Part shown: one piece after another, positions 55,893 to 64,000 of the stretch
Layout: each line of letters opens with the position of its first letter
Numbering within the stretch: the first letter of the stretch is position 1
Assembly (NCBI RefSeq): GCF_006345805.1
Contig: NC_043003.1
Span: 55,738,001-55,802,000, forward strand
Origin: Octopus sinensis
Lineage: Eukaryota
Length of the DNA: 64,000 nucleotides
Direction of reading: 5' to 3'
Position numbers and translations under genes: made by a program
Notes under the pieces: generated by a model
What the model was told of the DNA's origin: nothing
What the model saw: the letters and a program-made list of their open reading frames with translations, nothing else
Database searches by the model: none

Positions 55893-56560
55893 CCTACTTA
55901 TTTATCTATCTATCTATCCCCCTCGGTAAAGCCATTATCAAAATTCAAGTTGAATGAGGCGGTTGTTATCATCCAGAGCAGTCAGCTTATTTCTATGTGC
56001 GGATCGCTGGTTTTTTAACGTCTTAGCCTTAGAGATGAGGTCCGAACCCAATTCTATGGTGAGCTATTCTTTTTCCGGATTACAAAGTTACATCCTCTTT
56101 TCATTCAGTCACTTTAAAAGTTTGGGCAGATCCAGACAGGACATCGACTCTTATTCCGGGAAAAACGATTGGCAACGATTGAGCCATCCAATTTTGCAAG
56201 CACTTCTCAATATCTAAAGCTTCCACTATCATCTGTAATGCATTGTGAACACAGACATATTATGCAACTAACTTAAAGACTGCCATTATCAAATTGTTTG
56301 CGCTTATCAAATTGTCCACTCAATAGCAACCCATGTCACTTGCGGCAATTTATGCTCTGCGGCTGTCCACTTAGTCTCCACACCTGGTTTCTCCTACTTT
56401 AAGCTTCTTAATACGGCTATGCACGTTGCGGTGGTGTCTCCATAAATAATATGTAGCCTGCACTCCACGTTCATTAAGCATTGAATGACGAGACGTTGTT
56501 TCAGCCGGGAACCCATTGTTTGCCAACAAAGAACATGGAAAGAGCTACTATTGAGAAAGA
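55176..56560 (-). pseudogene. Highly decayed mariner interrupted by (TATG)n(TCTA)n
   Basis: TIR-like TACACGAGGGTTTTTCTGAAA at 55175; minus-strand remnants LLRPLYNPNLALFGFFLL (HPPYSPDLAPSDF), WCKCINCDSVYDE*, KNQRSAHRNKLTA..LIQLEF, IIYGD. Confidence 0.55.
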
Positions 56561-57354
56561 TTTATTCAATGACTGTACAATATGAACGATCCGTATCAGT
56601 TAATAAAAGATTATCCGCTCCTTGCATTGTTCTCGAGATTCCATAACATGATATATTGCTGAAAAAATACTATTTCAAATTTTCATTTTCGACTTGCCAT
56701 TTTCTATCGTGCCAATTTTTTCAATATTTTATAGATTTATGAAATTGTTAAACGACAGGATTGCCTTGATATAGTTTCCATACTTGGCATTAGATTAACT
56801 TTGAGAAAATAACATGTCGCTAAAAGTGTTTGTCTATGTTGCCAAGAGAGGGAACTGTCTCGTTTTCTATAGACAGGTGGATAGGTGGACACAGATCATA
56901 TAAAACAGAACTCTTGTTATAACTATTTTGCCTCTGCGTTACATTTCTATTTACATGTTGAATATGTTTAATAACTTTATTATGCAAGGTGCAACGGTAT
57001 TTACAGAGATACCGTTGCACATAGAAGTCAAATACATCTCGTCGTCTGTAGAATAACTTCATTCTATATGCAAGAATTGCAGTGAAAACAAGGACGATTA
57101 TCGCAGAAGTATAATCAAGGACGTCTCGAAATTAAATTCGGGCAGTAGAAGAAAATCATATTTTTAATACTAAGAGAATCATGTCCATTCCCATTATTTT
57201 ATCAATGTATCATTCTAACTTTCTATTTTCTCGTGCCTCTTTCCCTAGCCTATATATATATATATAAATATAAAGTTACGTAGTGTTCTTTCGGTAAATC
57301 CTTTAAAATATGCAGATCATAACTACCTACTCCATTCCCTTCAGCAACGCAGCC

Positions 57355-57409
<55 letters not shown>

Positions 57410-58007
57410 GTGTGTGTGTATATGTGTGTATGCGTGTGTGTGTGTCTGTGTGTATGTATGCATATATATATATGTATACGTATGTATATATATGCATATA
57501 TATATATATATAAATATATATATATTTATATATATATATATGTGTGAGTGTGTCCGTGTGTGTGTGTGTGTATATATACATACATACATAGATAGATACA
57601 TATAATGTACGTATGAATATATTTACAGTTTCTTATACATGTGATACCTGTATTTTTATCTACACTGATTTAATTACTATTGTAACGTTGTTTCTGCCCT
57701 ATATATATATATATATATATCCGTAATAATGAAGGGTGAAATTAATTAATTTGGAAAAATTATCAATTACACCAAGTAGTCTTCGGCATGTAAAAGCCTC
57801 ATTCGAGGAAAATTTAAGTAATACTAAGCAATAAGGGTTTAGCAACGAGTTGCCTTACCACATACCGAATTTAGAAATAGCAGTCAAAGGGTTATAGCTA
57901 TTTCTTCTACTAAAAAGGGAGATCTCAGTAAAAACAGCATTTGGAAGGCAGACACAAACAGGTAAGAGAGAATGAATTGACTGCAATCTATCATACATTT
58001 TTTTAGT

Positions 58008-58124
58008 TATCCACGGACGTACGTTTCGAAATCAAGTTTTAAGGAAAGCATAAGAATAAATATTAATATTAAATAATAAATAATTCTATCTTACCGAAAC
58101 TTCTTTTCTCTTCAGCGTAGAATA
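58008..58124 (-). ncRNA. Type I hammerhead ribozyme, unit 1
   Basis: Minus: TATTCTACG-CTGAAGA-GAAA..long stem II..TTTC-GAAA-C GTAC G-TC-CGTGGATA; canonical core and GUC. Confidence 0.9.
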
Positions 58125-58609
58125 CTATAATCATAAATGATTATATATTGAATTTTGAGATACCAGAAGGCACCAACTCAACTCAGTATCAGAGCGAGCT
58201 AGAATCCGCAACTGGTATCACCGAATTCAATTTGTGAATGAAACGATTGTGTCAACAGCCCCTTCCCACCCGCGTGTAGCCAAAACAAGATGCTGTGGTC
58301 ATCTACTGAGATAAAATATGGTTATCCGTAATAATGAGGGTGAAATTAATTAATTTGGAAAAATTATCAATTACACCAAGTAGTCTTCGGCATGTAAAAG
58401 CCTCATTCGAGAAAATTTAAGTAATACTAAGCAATAAGGGTTTAGCAACGAGTTGCCTTACCACATACCGAATTTAGAAATAGCAGTCAAAGGTTATAGC
58501 AATTTCTTCTACTAAAAAGGGAGATCTCAGTAAAAACAGCATTTGGAAGGCAGACACAAACAGGTAAGAGAGAATGAATTGACTGCAATCTATCATACAT
58601 TTTTTTAGT

Positions 58610-58728
58610 TATCCACGGACGTACGTTTCGAAATCAAGTTTTAAGGAAAGCATAAGAATTAAATATTAAATATTAAATAATAAATAATTCTATCTTACCG
58701 AAACTTCTTTTCTCTTCAGCGTAGAATA
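58610..58728 (-). ncRNA. Type I hammerhead ribozyme, unit 2
   Basis: Same motif; TCTTCAG at 58713-19, GAC at 58618-20. Confidence 0.9.
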
Positions 58729-59216
58729 CTATAATCATAAATGATTATATATTGAATTTTGAGATACCAGAAGGCACCAACTCAACTCAGTATCAGAGCG
58801 AGCTAGAATCCGCAACTGGTAACACCGAATTCAATTTGTGAATGAAACGATTGTGTCAACAGCCCCTTCCCACCCGCGTGTAGCCAAAACAAGATGCTGT
58901 GGTCATCTACTGAGATAAAATATGGTTATCCGTAATAATGAAGGGTGAAATTAATTAATTTGGAAAAATTATCAATTACACCAAGTAGTCTTCGGCATGT
59001 AAAAGCCTCATTCGAGGAAAATTTAAGTAATACTAAGCAATAAGGGTTTAGCAACGAGTTGCCTTACCACATACCGAATTTAGAAATAGCAGTCAAAGGG
59101 TTATAGCTATTTCTTCTACTAAAAAGGGAGATCTCAGTAAAAACAGCATTTGGAAGGCAGACACAAACAGGTAAGAGAGAATGAATTGACTGCAATCTAT
59201 CATACATTTTTTTAGT

Positions 59217-59335
59217 TATCCACGGACGTACGTTTCGAAATCAAGTTTTAAGGAAAGCATAAGAATTAAATATTAAATATTAAATAATAAATAATTCTAT
59301 CTTACCGAAACTTCTTTTCTCTTCAGCGTAGAATA
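59217..59335 (-). ncRNA. Type I hammerhead ribozyme, unit 3
   Basis: Same motif; TCTTCAG at 59320-26, GAC at 59225-27. Confidence 0.9.
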
Positions 59336-59820
59336 CTATAATCATAAATGATTATATATTGAATTTTGAGATACCAGAAGGCACCAACTCAACTCAGTAT
59401 CAGAGCGAGCTAGAATCCGCAACTGGTATCACCGAATTCATTTGTGAATGAAACGATTGTGTCAACAGCCCCTTCCCACCCGCGTGTAGCCAAAACAAGA
59501 TGCTGTGGTCATCTACTGAGATAAAATATGGTTATCCGTAATAATGAGGGTGAAATTAATTAATTTGGAAAAATTATCAATTACACCAAGTAGTCTTCGG
59601 CATGTAAAAGCCTCATTCGAGGAAAATTTAAGTAATACTAAGCAATAAGGGTTTAGCAACGAGTTGCCTTACCACATACCGAATTTAGAATAGCAGTCAA
59701 AGGGTTATAGCTATTTCTTCTACTAAAAAGGGAGATCTCAGTAAAAACAGCATTTGGAAGGCAGACACAAACAGGTAAGAGAGAATGAATTGACTGCAAT
59801 CTATCATACATTTTTTTAGT

Positions 59821-59939
59821 TATCCACGGACGTACGTTTCGAAATCAAGTTTTAAGGAAAGCATAAGAATTAAATATTAAATATTAAATAATAAATAATT
59901 CTATCTTACCGAAACTTCTTTTCTCTTCAGCGTAGAATA
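59821..59939 (-). ncRNA. Type I hammerhead ribozyme, unit 4
   Basis: Same motif; TCTTCAG at 59924-30, GAC at 59829-31. Confidence 0.9.
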
Positions 59940-60425
59940 CTATAATCATAAATGATTATATATTGAATTTTGAGATACCAGAAGGCACCAACTCAACTCA
60001 GTATCAGAGCGAGCTAGAATCCGCAACTGGTATCACCGAATTCAATTTGTGAATGAAACGATTGTGTCAACAGCCCCTTCCCACCCGCGTGTAGCCAAAA
60101 CAAGATGCTGTGGTCATCTACTGAGATAAAATATGGTTATCCGTAATAATGAAGGGTGAAATTAATTAATTTGGAAAAATTATCAATTACACCAAGTAGT
60201 CTTCGGCATGTAAAAGCCTCATTCGAGGAAAATTTAAGTAATACTAAGCAATAAGGGTTTAGCAACGAGTTGCCTTACCACATACCGAATTTAGAAATAG
60301 CAGTCAAAGGGTTATAGCTATTTCTTCTACTAAAAAGGGAGATCTCAGTAAAAACAGCATTTGAAGGCAGACACAACAGGTAAGAGAGAATGAATTGACT
60401 GCAATCTATCATACATTTTTTTAGT

Positions 60426-60543
60426 TATCCACGGACGTACGTTTCGAATCAAGTTTTAAGGAAAGCATAAGAATTAAATATTAAATATTAAATAATAAAT
60501 AATTCTATCTTACCGAAACTTCTTTTCTCTTCAGCGTAGAATA
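60426..60543 (-). ncRNA. Type I hammerhead ribozyme, unit 5
   Basis: Same motif (one nt shorter in stem II); TCTTCAG at 60528-34, GAC at 60434-36. Confidence 0.87.
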
Positions 60544-60683
60544 CTATAATCATAAATGATTATATATTGAATTTTGAGATACCAGAAGGCACCAACTCAA
60601 CTCAGTATCAGAGCGAGCTAGAATCCGCAACTGGTATCACCGAATTCAATTTGTGAATGAAACGATTGTGTCAACAGCCCCTT

Positions 60684-60993
60684 GATTATAGTATTCTACG
60701 CTGAAGAGAAAAGAAGTTTCGGTAAGATAGAATTATTTATTATTTAATATTTAATATTTAATTCTTATGCTTTCCTAAAACTTGATTTCGAAACGTACGT
60801 CCGTGGATAACTAAAAGAATGTATGATAGATTGCAGTCAATTCATTCTCTCTTACCTGTTTGTGTCTGCCTTCCAAATGCTGTTTTTACTGAGATCTCCC
60901 TTTTTAGTAGAAGAAATAGCTATAACCCTTTGACTGCTATTTCTAAATTCGGTATGTGGTAAGGCAACTCGTTGCTAAACCCTTATTGCTTAG

Positions 60994-60996
<3 letters not shown>
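60684..60996 (+). mobile_element. Inverted partial copy (313 bp) of the 605-bp unit closing the array
   Basis: Reverse complement of 60241-60551; followed by (TA)n. Confidence 0.92.
60692..60809 (+). ncRNA. Type I hammerhead ribozyme in the inverted copy (predicted cleavage after C60801)
   Basis: TATTCTACG 60692-700, CTGAAGA 60701-07, GAAA 60790-93, CGTACGTC, CGTGGATA 60802-09. Confidence 0.9.
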
Positions 60997-61026
<30 letters not shown>

Positions 61027-61661
61027 ATTAGTGAATGGAAGAAATGGAGTTGAACGAAGATTGAACATAATTCCTTTTATTGCATTCTACACATGTTTCA
61101 AAAGCCAAAATTTTCCAAATTCTGATTAAATAAGGATACCATATTGCAGCTTTCTCTTCAGGAAAAACCAGGAATTACGTTGTCAGAACAAAACAAAACA
61201 GAGGCGCAGCATAGAAATTCGAACGAGGACGCTCCTTAAGAGCCCATGGATAAACTGTTTATCAATGTACGTTGAAATCGGGGGGTTGGTGGGGTCCGTT
61301 GGAATACTTACAGGTCAGGCCGCGGTCAAATCTAGTAGGTGAGGAATTAATGAGAACAAGGGGTGTGGAGATGTTCTGTGTGACCAAAACTAATGTTCTG
61401 AATATTTAAAGAATACATGGTGTATTTCTTAGGGGCGAGACAAAACCTACCTAAAAGCATGTATGTGTATACTAGCCTATGTGTGCGCCCCCGTTCAACT
61501 CCATTTCTTCCATTCACTAATTATATTAAACTTCAATTATCCGCACCAACGCACGGTTGCAACACCATATGGTCTTATCTCCAACCGTGTTTTTTTCTGC
61601 TGTGATTTTTGCTACCCAGGTATCGGTTAAACTTTTGAATAATCTGTAACAAGAAAATTCA

Positions 61662-61741
<80 letters not shown>

Positions 61742-62965
61742 ATATCCATTTAAATATCTTCCGCACCAGACGCTAAAATCCCATTTCTAAATTCCAGCTA
61801 GTGCAGGTTGACAGAAGTTCAATGTTTCGAATTCCAAAATGGATCTCATAGAAATAAATTGATCGTTCCATAATTTGTCTTACAACTTTCTGGGTATAAA
61901 TTTTAACAATATTTGACAAAATGAAATTTGTAGAAAGGATACATGCTTGAATAAGCTCTCGCGTTTATGCTAATAAAAGTCTCATTTCAATATTGTATGC
62001 ACATTCACACAATACAGATACATACATTCATGCATGTTTGTATTGCATGTATATATATATACATGAGTGCATGCGTGCATATATGTATACATGCATGTAT
62101 GCATGCATGTATATATGTATGCATCTATATTAAATGACACAAACAGGAGACACCTACATTCAGCACTCCGAATTTAGACTCGCTATCGTTACTCAGATGC
62201 GGTAACAAATGTTCAGTGCTTAAATTATTACTTAAAACATGTTAATCTATTTTAGCCACATTGGGGGCCTACTATTTCTGTTATTACATAGATGTTTCCT
62301 CCTGCTACGAGACATCCGTAATTAATATAGTATGAAACAAGAGGCCGATACGACTTGTCCTACCAAAATGCAAGCATATTACTAAGCAGCGTGTTTCGCA
62401 AAAGAACTGCACTTATGGATTTATACAAGATTGATTATTCCAAGAAGATTCTATTCTCATTAAACAGGGAAAGCTTGTTAAACAGGGAAAGCTGAGGGAC
62501 CGAAGCGAGAATCAAATAAACTGCATTGAATGTTATCTAGAAACTCTAAATTCTGAAGGTACGTGTTCCATAATTGTGCTACTTATTAAATCCAGTCGTC
62601 TATATCCACCGAAATATAGGTCTATCACCTCTCTTGCTACAACACGTAGTTTTCCTGATAACATAACAGCATACATCTAAAAAATCTTTTTAAAGCCAAA
62701 ACAATGCAAATTATAAACATTAATAATACAGTTCGATGGTTTGTGCGCTTCAAAAGAATTTTTAAATATCTATATATTGATAACAGCTAAAAAGCTAGAA
62801 GCAGTACATCTGGTTTGCCGACAGTGAGGCAGCACAGTGCAGATAGGGTGTTATTCTTCACGGTAACTGCAGTGAAGCTACCTTTAAATGTTGAAATATA
62901 TCATAAACATAGTTTAACTAACCTCGCCCGCAAATGCGAGAAGACACAGTTTTATATGTATATAT

Positions 62966-63349
62966 ACTAGCAGTATCGCCCGGCGTTGCTCAGGTTTGTA
63001 AGGGAAATAACTATAAAGCATTTTTAGAGAGTTATAGCCAAAAAATAGCAAAAAAATGGAAAAAAATGATGGTCAATTTTTTTTGAGATTTAAAAAAGGT
63101 GGAGTTGCGTCCCCTAGACAGTTTGGGGTTCGTGTTTCTGATTCTCGACCCCATGTCGAATTTATCGATTTTTTTCAGAACTGGGGGAACTTTTCAAAAT
63201 TTTCGCTGCGTTAGTTTTGAATTATGACATTGAGCTATGTGTGTGTCAAGTTTCATCAGAATCGGTTGAAAGCCGTGGTCAGGGTGAGGGTACAAGCAAA
63301 CAGACACACAGAAACACACACAGACAAACTGCCGTTTATATATAGAGAT
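62966..63349 (+). mobile_element. Non-autonomous Helitron/Helentron-like element (Lep1/DINE-like layout)
   Basis: Starts ACTAGCAGTATCGCCCGGCGTTGCTC; ends CAAGTTTCATCAGAATCGGTTGAAAGCCGT + (CAGA/CA)n + TTTATATATAGAGAT, the layout typical of such elements; inserted in TA context. Confidence 0.65.
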
Positions 63350-64000
63350 ATATATATATATACATACATACACACACACACACATACGCAGTAATTCCTC
63401 GCCATATCTCGGTTCACCTATATCGTGGTTCACTTATTGCGACTTATGATTTAGCTTACGTCGATTTCTCTATTGTGTTCTTCTACATTTATAAGAAATA
63501 AATATATACAAATAAATATACACAAAATAATAAAACAAGTAAACAATATAGTAGTGTTTCTACCTCTTGGATTTCCACCTATCGAGAGGGTTTTGGAACA
63601 TAACACCCGGGGTTGTCGAAGAATCATTATATGCCCTTAGGCATGGCTTAATGGTTAGAGGCTTGCTTCCAAAACATGTGCTCATAGGTACTGTGTTCAC
63701 GTTCCCTTTCCTTGTTGCTTTGCAAAAATGAACGGTAAAATAAGCCATAGATTTTAGAAAAATAAGTACTGGAGGTTGAGTTATTCAACTACATCCTTCG
63801 TGTGATAAAATATAGCAGACATTGCTTCCCGAAATCCACCGTATTTTTCCCCATCTAACACTCTCTCCCCTTCTCTGTCCCTCTATCTGAATGTACACAT
63901 ATGGGTGTGTGTGCGTGTGTATATAAGCATTTATATATATATATATATAACTCACTCTTACTCTCATCTTTCTTAACTAATTAAATAATGGCTTCCTAGC

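Larger units (their letters stand above)
57721..60683 (-). mobile_element. Tandem array of about 4.9 near-identical about 605-bp units, one hammerhead ribozyme per unit (retrozyme / Penelope pseudo-LTR-like)
   Basis: Units start at 57721, 58326, 58930, 59536 and 60141; differences are essentially 1-nt indels; (TA)n immediately to the left. Confidence 0.92.

Noticed and set aside
57721-60683. CRISPR array or rDNA/snRNA tandem cluster interpretation
   Set aside because: Units are identical throughout with no unique spacers, the context is eukaryotic, and no rRNA, tRNA or snRNA motifs were recognised.

Overview
AT-rich, microsatellite-saturated, non-coding eukaryotic DNA. The SINE families and the extreme (TA)n/(TACA)n/(CA)n content resemble octopus/cephalopod DNA; this is inferred from recall, not checked. 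I recognise no host protein-coding gene, and nearly all short ORFs in the track are translated microsatellites. Real protein-coding remnants are all from transposable elements: five R4/Dong-type (RLE) LINE pieces (one with about 2.3 kb of nearly intact RT+CCHC+RLE), two CR1-group LINE 3' ends, several decayed mariner elements, an RTE-like 5' UTR, a Helitron/Helentron-like element and many SINEs. The main signal is RNA-structural: at least three non-coding repeat families (about 605, 555 and 468 bp monomers) each carry a type I hammerhead ribozyme with a palindromic stem III. Ten well-formed motifs are present, plus several decayed ones. These elements sit in (TA)n tracts as tandem arrays and/or head-to-head inverted composites, as expected for Penelope-like pseudo-LTR or retrozyme-type non-autonomous retroelements. 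The best example is 57721-60996: about 4.9 near-identical 605-bp units, each with a canonical CUGAAGA/GAAA/GUC hammerhead, plus an inverted partial unit carrying a sixth. All structures were assigned by eye; no folding or database search was run.
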